Assembly: GCF_037042905.1 (NCBI RefSeq)
Contig: NC_087252.1
Location: 17,300,001-17,364,000, forward strand
Origin: Lytechinus pictus
Lineage: Eukaryota
Direction of reading: 5' to 3'
DNA: 64,000 nucleotides
In this document: positions 1 through 12,457 of the stretch, in pieces
Position numbering within the stretch: the stretch's first letter is position 1
Layout of the letters: the number at the start of each line of letters is the position of its first letter
Program-made: the position numbers and the translations under genes
Notes under the pieces: model-generated
What the model saw: the letters and a program-made list of their open reading frames with translations, nothing else
Database searches by the model: none
Told to the model about the DNA's origin: nothing

Positions 1-792
1 GCAGTTCAAGAATTGAAAGTCCCTTTATGATTCTTACTGGATGAGCAACTGTATAAATTTCTTTTAATCTTAATATGTCACTTAGGTTTTCAAGATGATT
101 GAAATTAATTTCTTATTCATCCACAAGCCCATTCCAGGAAGCGTTGCCACTTGACAGCTACATACATGTAGCAAAAAATAACTGCAAAAATAAAACAAAA
201 AGTCAGCGAACTTCATCTTCTTCTGTGGAATATATGGATTATTTCCTATATTGAAAGAACAAATAAACTTTTATTTGACAAAGTCATAACTTTAATAATA
301 ACGGGAACAAGAGAAGGAACTTTGTCAATCAATCACCTTTTCCATCCAATAATACTTGTTTGTTGCAAACCTTTAGTTTTAATTTGAACGATTTATTAAC
401 TCATGACTCATGACATTAAACTGTTATTGTTTAAATGACATTTACTGGAGCTCTGCTTATGTCCATCACCAATCATAAGACAAGAAGGAAATAAGATCAG
501 CTGGCTGTTTAAAACCAATAAAGTATGACTCTTATTTCTCGTAACATAAACTTTTAACCCAATTGTTGCGACATTGTCTTGTCATGTGACATATTCTATT
601 ACAGCTAATAAAGTAATATGGCATTGTGCACTATTATCTGTTGCGCAATCGATAACAACCATACTACATTCATTACTCAATGCTACAATATTTTTTTATT
701 AGATTGGCTTTACATATAAATATTGATTAGGAATCCTTGGCTATCTGATAGTCTGACAGCACAGACTCAGATTTGGCACTTTTGATGTGTCG

Positions 793-990
793 ATAGTCTG
801 CAAGCGCAGACATTTGACACTTGCACCAATTACACTTTTACCATGTCTAGAGTGAAGACTAGACGCCAAACTCTCTCCTTGGTAGAGCCAGCCACAGTAC
901 ATACATGTAGTGAATCTAGTCTCACTACTTCAGACTCTGTATTGATGTACTATACGAATTGCAAAAACCATGGGTCTGTGTCTGCAGACT
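793..990. mobile_element. Short interspersed element with TAGTCTGC...GCAGACTA ends (Academ-like MITE); related copies at ~6190-6399, ~22886-23000 and 27172-27355
   Basis: 793-990 aligns by eye with 6190-6399; short terminal inverted repeats. TAG..CTA termini recall Academ, but the superfamily is tentative. Confidence 0.55.
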
Positions 991-1496
991 AGTGTGTCGA
1001 ATAAGAGCCTCAACAGTACTACAGTACAGTGTACATATGGGTGAATCAAGTCTCCTCTATGATGATTTACATAAATTACAAAAACCAAGAGTACGCACCT
1101 GCAGACTAATCGAGATCTGGACGTTTATTTGTTTGGAAAATCCCACACTCACACACTGCACCAGTCCTCTCTCTTTTCCCCTTCTTCTTCAGACATGGAG
1201 AAGGAGAAATTAAGTTCTAGAAAGAGAAGGTTATTAGAGAGTGAGTGTAGGATTTTCCAAACAAATAAACATCCAGATCTAGACTATGCAGCTACATCTA
1301 TGTATTTGCGCTGTCTGCGCTGTCGCTAGTCTTGCCTCCAGGCAAGGCTGATTCCTATCGATCCATCGTAAAAAATCAGAGAGTAGTGTTGTATAATCAG
1401 TTTGCCCGGGTACAGGGGAACATAAGTATGAAAGCAGATTGGAATGTGATTGAAATGCCAGAAGCTGGTACACTGGTCAACGTTTTTAGCATCATA

Positions 1497-1611
1497 GACA
1501 CCGTTCTCATTATGCTTTCTAAAACTAGTTTACTGGAGACCGATTCAGAAAATCAGTTTGGAAGATCGGTTTGCTAGCGTTCCCTCTTGATGGCACGAAA
1601 ATGATTTTCAA
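1497..1611. mobile_element. Truncated copy of the MITE at 22230-22650
   Basis: Shares ccgttctcatta...cagtttggaagatcg.tttgctagcgttccc with 22233-22292. Confidence 0.65.
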
Positions 1612-2150
1612 AGATGATGATGGTGGCGATGATAGCGGGGATGATGATGATGATGGTGGGGATGAAGATGATGATTATGGTGGTGATTGGATGATGATGA
1701 TGGTGGTGGTGATAATGATGATGATGTTGATGATATGGTGGTGATGATGACCTGATGACGACAATGATGATGGTGGAGATGATGTGACAATGATGGTGGT
1801 CAGGTGGTGGTGGTGGAGATAATGATACTTAATGATGATGATGATGATGGTGGTGATTGGATGATGATGGTGGTGATGATGATGATGGTGGTGATTGGAG
1901 GATGATGATAATGATGATGGTGGTGGTGATTGGATGATGATGATGATGATGGTGGTGGTGATGGTGATGATAGTGTTCGTCACTTAATGGTGATGGAAAT
2001 GATAATGATGATAATGACAACAACGATGATAATGATACTTGTAGTACATGTATCTGATGGTAAAAGGGCTGATGATGGTTTAGCAGTGATAAGGATGGGT
2101 GGCACTCGTGATCACATTGATGATGATGCCCATAATTTGATGGTGGTGTG
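1612..2150. repeat. Degenerate (GAT/GGT)n trinucleotide tract
   Basis: Directly visible; explains the poly-His/Asp/Met ORFs. Confidence 0.95.
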
Positions 2151-2316
2151 ATTCATGTATAAACTGGGGATTCAACCAAATTGCATCACTTCATTGGGTA
2201 ATACTGATGCCAAAACTCTTAATCTTGAGCAGGGAGAATGAGTAGTAATTATTATATTATTGGTATTATTATTATTATTATTATCATCATTATTATTATT
2301 AGTAGTAGTAGTATTA

Positions 2317-3373
2317 TTGTCTCGCCTGCGTAGCGGAGCGAGACATAGGTATCACTATTTCCGGTGTCGGCGTCGTCGTCGTCGTCAACAATTGTGTTGT
2401 ACACCCAATAACTTTCTATAGCTTCGAGGTGGGATCACCAAATTCATACCAGAGGTCCATCTCCTAAAGGCACAGGTCAAGTTCGAATATGAGTCGAATT
2501 TGAATAAGGTCAAAGGTCAATGAACTTCCCATGACTGGCACTGTGCTGTGTTGTACACATAATAACTTTGTACACCCAATAACTTTCTATAGCTTCGAGG
2601 TGGGATCACCAAATTCATACCAGAGGTCCATCTCCTGAAGGCACAGGTCAAGTTCGAATATGAGTCAAATTTGAATAAGGTCAAAGGTCAAAGGTCAATG
2701 AACTTTCCATGACTGGCACTGTGCTGTGTTGTACACATAATAACTTTGTACACCCAATAACTTTCTATAGCTTCGAGGTGGGATCACCAAATTCATACCA
2801 GAGGTCCATCTCCTGAAGGCACAGGTCAAGTTCGAATATGAGTCGAATTTGAATAAGGTCAAAGGTCAATGAACTTTCCATGACTGGCACTGTGCTGTGT
2901 TGTACACATAATAACTTTCTATATCTTCGAGGTGGGATCACCAAATTCATACCAGAGGTCCATCTCCTGAAGGCACAGGTCAAGTTAGAATATGAGTCGA
3001 ATTTGAATAAGGTCAAAGGTCAATGAACTTTCCATGACTGGCACTGTGCTGTGTTGTACACATAATAACTTTCTATATCTTCGAGGTGGGATCACCAAAT
3101 TCATACCAGAGGTCCATCTCCTGAAGGCACAGGTCAAGTTCAAATATGAGTCAAATTTGAATGAGGTCAAAGGTCAATGAACTTTCCATGACTGGCACTG
3201 TGCTGTGTTGTACACACAATAACTTTCTATAGCTTCGAGGTGAGATCGCCAAATTCATAACAGAGGTCCATCTCTTGAAGGTGCAGGTCAAGTTCAAATG
3301 TGAGCCGAATTTGAATAAGGTCTCTTCATGACTGCAATATGCAGGCGAGACAACGCTTGGCGTTTGCCTTGTT
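2317..3373 (+). mobile_element. Modular non-autonomous element (Helentron/HINE- or pearl-like) with central tandem array of ~5.6 units of 154-178 bp
   Basis: Subterminal inverted repeat TTGTCTCGCCTGC (2317) / GCAGGCGAGACAA (3341-3353), (GTC)n microsatellite near the 5' end, near-identical core repeats, 3' hairpin AACGC-TTG-GCGTT; sits in a (TAT/CAT)n tract. Confidence 0.75.
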
Positions 3374-4696
3374 ATTATCATCATCATCATCATCATCATT
3401 ATTATTATTATCATTATTCTTTAATATTAAATGTAAGTGCATGTGCTTTTTTCCAGAGTGGCCCAAAACGCTTACAAGTTACAATTAGGAAAAAATACAA
3501 GTAATTGTCCATGAAATTTATTGTACATGAGTAGGATTCAATTGCCTTTAACTCCATGAGTTGTTGGGGGAACCAAATATATTAAAACACCCTGTTTCTT
3601 CAATAAATATGAAGAAAAAAAATCACCCTTCAGTTCTAAAATTATGAAAGCAGATGCTGTAGTATTCCTTCTCCAATTGCACAACCAGCAGCATGCTTTA
3701 TGTCATATCAATGTGTGACAGAAATTCTTCAGGTAGACCTGAACCATTTTGAACTTGGAAGAAATAGTATTTTTTGCCATTTTGAACTCTTGTTTTGATA
3801 TGATTTTCTTCCTTTTCTCCATATCTTTTCTTTGGGAATGTTGTTTCTTCTTTTTAGGGGAATAAAACTCCTTCCCATTTCCCTACTCAGGAAGCCCAGA
3901 AACTATCCTCATCAAATTTCAGTAGATATAATTTTGAGTGTATGTCATTTCTCATTCTGTCAAAAATCATATTTGAGTATTGATATTAGTACGAAAAACA
4001 TGTTTGAATGCATCATGAAGATATTTTACCTTTAATTCATGTAAAATGGTTCAAATAATGGCAATCATTACATTACTTCAGTCTCCACAAGGTAATGCAC
4101 AGAACTGTATACATGTGCATGAGGTCTTAAAGAAAGATAAATTTATCTGAAGCCACACAACAGGGAAGCCTTACAATAAATGATATAAAGAGTCCCTGGC
4201 ATTTGAGCTTCCATAAACCTCTTTTGTGTTCATATTTTCCTCGAAATGTGCTCGATGCAAGCCCAATATTGGATCCATTGTATCAGGGAGTTATTAGCCA
4301 TAAATTGACGAGACGTCGTTTATGATTTATTCCGTGCATGCTCCGAGGGAAATTGTATTGCGAGGAGGCACCTGGTCTGGGCATGCATGTTTTAAGGCCT
4401 CATTTGCATAGATGCGATGCAGGATTCCATGGAGACGGGCATGTGGTTTGTGATTCTAAACCTTGAAGCAAAATATAACACATTGTGAGGTATTCATAAC
4501 ATTCTTTGAGAAACACATGGAGCATTCCTCACCTTTCCATGTTCTATCATCAAGACAGAGGGAGTGTTTCATAAATACTAATAATAATATGTCCATTGTA
4601 TAGGGCAGTTACTATGTGCATATATTCAACTGTGCTTTTGCTACTTGAATTCATAAATATTACTCTTTTGATACTTTATTATTACCTCTGCTGTAG

Positions 4697-4900
4697 CCTA
4701 GCCGCCATATAAATAGGCACTATTAAAACGTTCAAGGAATAAATCCTACTGGGTACCCATTCACCTCACCTGGGTCGAGTGCAGCACAATTTGGATGAAT
4801 TTCTTGTCGAAGGAAATTATGCCATGGCTGGGATTCGAACCCACGACCGTCTGTTCCAAAGTCCGGAGACTAATTAATCCACTGGGCCACAACGCTCCAC
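4697..4900 (-). mobile_element. tRNA-derived SINE
   Basis: Reverse complement starts GTGGAGCGTTGTGGCCCAGTGG with B box GGTTCGAATCCC; homologous to 24328-24597. Confidence 0.85.
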
Positions 4901-7900
4901 ATGAAGCATATTGTCAGTGATTTTCAATAACAAATTTGTTCTGAGCCAATCTAATCTTATGAGAGAAAACACAAAGAAAATTGAGGGGGGGGGGTGGAAA
5001 GAGCAACATTCCACTATTTAAACAAGCCTGTCATGCATACACATTTACCCTTATTTAAAAAAATTTCTAGTTAAGCGTTGTCAAACATCAGTGTCATTAG
5101 TAATACTTCCTTTAAATTCTTACACATATGAGTCTTACAGCTAGTGTATATTAAACACAAAGATTCATTAGCGATTGATCATACGCTTGATTTTAACGAT
5201 TAATTGTAGACTGTATTCGAGTAAGAGAGTATATTTCTGCTATTTAAACAATCCTCTCATGTACTGTACATGTACCCTCCTTTTGACAAATAAGTTTGAG
5301 GCATATCTTCATGAATATTCATTAGGTGGCTGATGATGTCATATCCCCACTTGTGCTTAAATAAGGTTTATTCAATTTTTTTCTACCGAGAACTTTAAAA
5401 AGGATTGGATTGACAACTGATTTAGTGCATTAGTTATTCATTGGTGCAACTTATTTCATCATAATGGAGACACATCTTTTTATAGACATGTATGAAAAAA
5501 ATGAAACAATTGTGATTTAATGTAATATTACATAATAAAGAAAAAGGAAAGTGGGGATGCTTCATCATTAGCCCACATACATGTAATGAATATTCATGAC
5601 GACGTGCATAATAGTTCTGTTTTCACAAAATATTGCTTGACTTTAATATTCAATAACTTCATTATCTGTTATCCGATTTTGAAGAAATTTCCAACATTGT
5701 GCTCTGTGAATTTTACTTTATTTATTTAGATATAAAATATTGTCAGCCCTGAGCATCCCTTTAAATCAAAGGAAGGAAAAGAATAGTGAGCTAAACAGCG
5801 ACCCTCTGTACATCCCTCCTCTTGCTTGATAAATCTATAAATAAGGCATCGTTTTGGAAGTGACGCAGCAAGCTATGATGTAGAGACCTTCAGGCTAATG
5901 TGATATACATGGGCTCTGCATTGTTGAGTAGTGTTAGGTGTTAGAACATGCATAAAATACACAGGGCACTCTGCTATACCTCTTTTTTAGAAGTAGGCCC
6001 ATAATAAGATTAAGGTTGTCTAACTATAATGGGAAATGGAAACCAATGAAATTACTTTCAAAAGTATTGCATTTTGCTAGAAATCAAATGCTGGAAATGA
6101 TTTTTAGGCCCCTTTTTGAGAGAGAATATTTGAATTGAGAGGAAAGAGAATATGTACATGTACAGAAAAGGAAGAAGGGAGGAGATCGATAGTCTGCAAG
6201 CACAGACTCATATTTGACACTTTGACCAATTACATGTACATGTATGTATACCATGTTGAGAGTGACGACTAGTTGCCAAACTGTCTGTAGAGCCAGCCAC
6301 AGTACATTGTGAATCCACATGTAGTCTCACTACTTCAGACTCTGCATATTTATATACTATGCAAATTGCAAAAAACAACGGTCTGTGCCTGGAGACTAGG
6401 ATTCTAGGAAGGAGATATTTATGATCAAAAGTTGAATATGACAGAAGATAACAATTTTACTTTCAAGGGAAATGATAGCTAAAATATCCAACCGGCAGTG
6501 GTAGATTAAAATCTCTGTACATATATGCAAATAACAGCTCGTGTTAAGTTCATTACATGTTTATATAAAGCCATTCTCTATCGAGTCTACATAAAAGAGA
6601 AAGTGAGCCACATATGATAAAAAACAACAATCAAATAATTTCTCTTATCAATAAAATAGAAAATTAAATCTAGGCTTTTTCAGCTACACCATTTAAATGA
6701 TGTAAACAGCAGAACTGTTTTTCATACTTGATGCATTGGATCTACACATGTATGTATCATGCTTTAATATATCATTACCCTATACATGTATATGTGAAGT
6801 AGGCCTGCTGAACTTGTCTGGGGGGTCAAAGGTCATAAGTGAATAGTCTTCCATCAGCAGTAGATATGAACCAATTGACCGCCTACATGTTGTCTCATGT
6901 AATATAGGTTTAAGTATTATTAAAAGTGAAGGTGAAAAGAGGCGGACTGGTGTATATTGGCGTGTAATGCAATGAGTGAGTCTAGGGTTTTCCAAGCAAA
7001 CAACTACCAATGTCTGGATCTAGACTACCTCTACCCTATTATTAAACTGAACCCTCTTTCTTCCTGCTAACATCCATGTATCCTCCATTGATTTGATGTT
7101 TTTGAACATGGGCTTGCAAATTAATTCACTTAGTAATTAATCCACTTTAGTCTAGCTTTCAATATAATCAATATAGTGTGCATGTAGAGTCTACTCACTG
7201 AGCCAATTAACTCACGTAAAATTTATTTTGGAATGTCAATGTACATGTACATATGTATTTGAACCGAAGCCTTAAGATCATGATGCAATAAGTATAATGA
7301 TAATAATAATAGTTACTTTTATAACCACGCTTCACACATTAGGTTTCTCTTATTGATGTAATCAGATATCCGCTGGTACCATATTAAAGATATGTTGATG
7401 TACTTGCACGTGCATACTAGCATAGACTTTTATAGTGCAATTGAGGATAAATTTACGACTGTTACATTTCAGGGGCATGCAATTTCCTAGAATTTATGAC
7501 ATAAAAAGTTGATCAACACTAGCTTAGAAAAACAGTATTATCATGCTATCATCAGTTCAGGCATTGTAGAATGAAGTACATCCCATCTCACCATTTCTCC
7601 CTCAACATGTAGTGCAAGGGAGCTAATGGGAAAGCCTGCTCGAATCCGCCGAGAAAGGTTCCGCATGTGATTTACCAGCTCATGTAATGAGAGATGGGGT
7701 GAACAAACTTTCACCCCAGAGCGAGAAATACTGATAGTCTCTTATGCAGCCCCTGCCACATTTTCCCCTGATGCTTTACTAGTATATTTTATCAATCGAT
7801 TATTTTACCATGTGATTATAGCTGTCCTACATGTACATGTAAGTTATATACTGTAGAGTATTATTTATTTTGGCAACTCCCTCATACAGTAGAGTATTAT

Positions 7901-9134
7901 TTATTTTGGCAACTCCCTCATACAGAAAATCACAAATACAGTGATTACTTTATGTCTGTTCTTGTAGACTAGCACTCCCCATCCAGGGGTGAAGCAACTT
8001 TAGCCTTTATGAATAATGCATGAGCGTTGAGGAAGCAGTGAAGGGTTGCTCTTCGCTTTGTGTTTCTCTCTCTTTATCTCTCACCATGAGATTGATTAAT
8101 CACTTTCAGAAGAGCTACTGTCTTAGAAAACAAGTTTATTTTCAAGAGATTTTTTTTTATGTTTGTAGTTCTGCAGGAAACCCTTCAAGGTTTGATCTAA
8201 ATGCATGGGATTTAGAGTAAATGTAAACAACCCTTTGCAAAAATGGTAGGGTTCTTTACATCAGCAGCCACAGGAACCCTATAAATACAAAAGGGTTCCA
8301 TGACATTTGCTCAATATGGAAAATCTGCACGTTCAGCCAAGCATAAAAGCTAACCTCCAAAACTATAAAATAAACCCTCGTCCTTATCTTTACATTAATC
8401 TGAACCAAAAACTATATTACAATCCTAACTCTGCTCCTATGCCCTCTACATGTTTATAATTTCGCAGGAGCAAATGTTATGTCACCGTTTTAAGAACCTT
8501 TAAAGGGTTCCATGTAGAACCAAAAATGGTTCCAAAGAATTGTTAATCCATTTTAGTTATCTGCTTCTTTGAAGGTTCCAATTTTACTGTGAAAGGACAA
8601 AAGATTCTTATTTTATCAGCACCTTTTTTTAGATTGTAATCAAGTCTTTTAAATGTACAAAGTAGCTCTGTTTGAAGCTCCTTGAGCGCATGTACATGTA
8701 CGTCATAAGTTTTGGCACATACATGGAGAGTTGTAGGCATGGGAAGGTAATTGATCTTACCTTAAAATGTTACCTTGCTAATAATGAACTTCCTTCTTCT
8801 CTTTCTATAATTAACCATATCATTTGAAGAAAAAAAGGAATGTTTGTTCGCACAACCTTCATTTGCGATTGTTATTATTTTTTTCGCTTTTGAGTCTCTA
8901 CAATAGTATAAATGATGTGTTTTCTTTTTGGTCACAAGTCATTAAATTCTTAATTGTATGTACACTACAGTATGAAAGGAGTTTTTGCATAGTGACGCAG
9001 AACGTTTTCAACTACATATAGACAATGATGTATCAATTGTTGAATTCGCATCATGAAAAAGAGCAACCAAGAAGGGTTTGACGAAAATTGCTGAATAATG
9101 AGCAGTTTTGTCCTGGATTTCTTCTTCGTCCTCT

Positions 9135-9976
9135 CATGGACCTATTACGAATGGACATTCAACGAGAGCATTTTATGACCACCACCTGTTTCCAGCTGTC
9201 AAAATTGCTGTCTAACCCTTAACTTTCTCTTTACGCGGTTTTTACAACGACCGCCCGGGGTGATTGTTTACACAAGCTCCTTTCGCCCGATGATCGTCAC
9301 CGATCGATCACTGGCCCTCTTTCGACCAAAGACGGTCATGTTGTAGCCCCGATTGCCAATAGGGAAAGTCCTTACATTACCTAGAATGCAATGCGCAATT
9401 CATATCCGGTTTTTCAGTACATTATTTTAGGCTCTCTATAATGTGCGATTGTCGTCTGTCCATCAAAAAAAATCCCGTTAAATTTCATCAATCCTGTGGA
9501 ATTTTATGCCCAAATGAAAATCAACTTCTGACCGAAGGTAAGCGCTACTATCGACATCGATACTGTCCGAAAAAGCTGAGATTTTACCGTTTTTCCGCAG
9601 ATTTTTTCGTCGAATTTCAACTGCTTTTTTGCCGTAGATATACGGATCTGCAAGGTGATGTCAATGCATTTCATTTCCGGTTGTTAGCGATGTACGTAAA
9701 AAATACGTTTATGCACGCCTGTTTTCTTGTTTCTGCTATCATTTTCATAGCGCTAACGTTCGCTGCTGTGCGTTGCTTTTGGTAAAGTGAACGAACAACA
9801 TCGCAATGGGTAGGAGCAGCGTACAATTGATTTCCGCTGTCCATCAGTGAGAGCATGTTTTACGACCGGCTTGATGGGTGTCAGCTGCCAGCGCTCTGTT
9901 TATAAAAGGATTAGCGGCGACGGTCTCTGTGTCAAAGGAGGGGATTCGTTGAATGTCCATTCGTAATAGGTCCATG
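9135..9976. mobile_element. Non-autonomous DNA transposon, 31-bp TIRs, 7-bp TSD (P-element-like)
   Basis: CATGGACCTATTACGAATGGACATTCAACGA at 9135 and its exact reverse complement ending at 9976; GTCCTCT duplicated at 9128-9134 and 9977-9983. Confidence 0.9.
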
Positions 9977-11685
9977 GTCCTCTTAATCACTTCTTTTCAG
10001 TTTTGTTGCTGAGCACTAACCAAGAAAAGTAACTCTTTAGTATATTTTACAGCAGGAAGACTCTAAGGATTAACTTAATCTTGAATTCCTTGCAGGATTT
10101 GAATGCAATCTGAAAACAGGATTCTATTTCCTCCTAAGATGGTATACATTGACAGTCACTATCCGCTCCAGTCATTTCTGTCCATCTTGTCCCCCCCACC
10201 AAAAAAAAAGAAGAAAATATCAGTTGGTCATCTTTCCTGCATGTCTTCCAAATTATCTTTTTAATAGTAAAGGTGTATATTTTAGGGGTTCAGTTCATGG
10301 GATAAACCCTGAAGTAAGAAAAAAAATCATTGGAATAGGGGTTCTTTTTTACCATTTGTTAGGGGTTTCATTAAAGATTAAAACTTTTCTCTGAAAAGTC
10401 CTGAAATTTAGTGGATAATTTTATAGCTTTCTTATACAAGGTGCCTACATTTTAATGTCTGGTAATATGCAACAGAAGCACACTTGATCTTAATTCTTGA
10501 GCCCCGATGTATTTCAAACACCTGGATCCGCCACTGACTTTCATACTTCCATTAGAGCTTTAATGAAAATTCCTGCTTCATTCTTGCACTGGTAGACTCT
10601 CATGCATGCATACTAGTAATTAAATTCGGCCAACAAGATGCTTTCGACTCCTTCATCATGCACATGTAGTATACAGGTCTCCATTAGACCATTGTTAAAC
10701 TAATTGCATGTTTAATGGCCTTACGCAGATTTTTTTTTTTTTGGGGGGGGGGGGGAGGATGGGGGTTGGCAAGAAGATGCCTAAAGAAAATATTCCAAAG
10801 AAGCTAGAAAGCAAGGGAGCTTGCTTTGGGGGCGTTTTCTGTAGTGAAATTGAAGGACTTCTTGCACGCGCTTGGTGGATTTTGTGCAAATTTTCAGTAT
10901 TAAAAATATGTTGTTTTTTTAAATTAATTTTGTTTATTAATTTTCTTATTCATATTTATTTATTTATTTATTTATTTACAATGTATGCATTTATGTATTT
11001 GTTTGTTTGTTTTGTTTAGTAATTTTTTTTTTTTTTTGGGGGGGGGGCAATGCTGAAGCTTGGAAAAGATTGTGTTATGGATTGACAGTGGAGAATGAAA
11101 AAAGACTGGGCTTCATACATGAACAGAGTGTATAAATGGTGTGGCGACGGTTCATGCTAAAATCTATATGTATCTACATGTAAAAGTTTTCCCCCTTTCA
11201 AATAATCTCCAGATAATGTTATCTTATTTTTTTTTTTACTATAAGGAATAGCCATCCTCCAAATTGGGGTCCAACCCCAAACTATATTTTTCTTTGAATT
11301 TTTGGGGAACCATTCAAGCAAACCTGAGTTTTCAACAGGTCTTTTGATCTCTAGCTAGACCAAGAAAGAGCCTGCTCATTGCTTCTCTATACATGTATAA
11401 GTCCAATTATGTCAATGTTGGACCAGTTTCCCCTGGATCAGAAATAGCTACATATGTATAGCAATTCTTAAAACTGTGGCCGATGAAAACAGATCCTGTT
11501 TGAATGAGAGAAGAATTGGGTCATCCGCAATCATTGTACCCAAGTTTCCCTGGGGTTTGGTTTAATCTTGTAACAGTGGGGGTCACGTGGATTGGCAAGC
11601 AGTCAACCGACCAACCATCCGTATTGGAATAATTGTCTTGACCAAGAATATTTGAGTTGGACTGAAGTTACTGAACACCCTTTAA

Positions 11686-12457
11686 CCCTAATTCTCCCGG
11701 GGGGGGGGGGGGCATAATGGCCCCCCCCTGACAATTTTCGCGATATATCTGCTGCGCAAATTTTTTTGACCTCGCTGCTCACTGACTTTTTACTTTCAAG
11801 TCTCGCGCAAATTTTGAGACCAAATTTGTGACGCCCGGGTACACGGTTACGACATTACGCAACATTATGTAAGTGCATGTCAGACCAAAAATTGCTCATA
11901 AACGTGATTTCATGTACAAATCCAATGCAAATTGTGTATTTAGCCAAAATTCATAAATGTATCATTATTTCTACTTTTACTGATTAAACTGAATTAATTT
12001 TGCCTTGTTTATGATCAGAACTAAGTCTGGAATGATTTCCATTGAAAAAACAATAAAAAACAAAAAGGAAAAAAACAAAGAAATACATAAGAAATTCATA
12101 AAACAATAAAATACATAAGAAATTGATTTCCGAACCGAAGTTTTTTTAATTGCGATTGTTAAGATTGCTACAAAGAATTTTTTTACCCAAAATTAGCATT
12201 CTAGGAGCTTTATTTAGTGAATTATAGCAAAAAGTATGATTTATGCATAAATTAGCATAATTAATTCATATAAAATAAAATCTCATTATTTTGGAAAATT
12301 TTACCATACAGCCTTGTAGATTACATCGCACACTACCAGTGTGCAAATTTTTGCGTCGCTCGCGCAATCGGCGGCCGAGATCTTAAGGGGGGCCATAATG
12401 GCCCCCCCCCCCCCCCCCGGGATTGACAAGAATCAATATACCCCGGGAGATTGAGGG
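11686..12457. mobile_element. TTAA-flanked MITE (piggyBac-like CCC...GGG ends)
   Basis: TTAA|CCCTAATTCTCCCGGGG ... CCCCGGGAGATTGAGGG|TTAA; G/C homopolymer hairpins near both ends; a diverged opposite-orientation relative lies at ~40330-40850. Confidence 0.85.

Noticed and set aside
1608..2151. Poly-His/Ile/Asp/Met ORFs
   Set aside because: Translations of a GAT/GGT microsatellite; no splice or domain support.
2765..3414. Repeated minus-strand ORFs and a possible CRISPR-like array
   Set aside because: Contiguous tandem units with no unique spacers, eukaryotic context and no cas genes.
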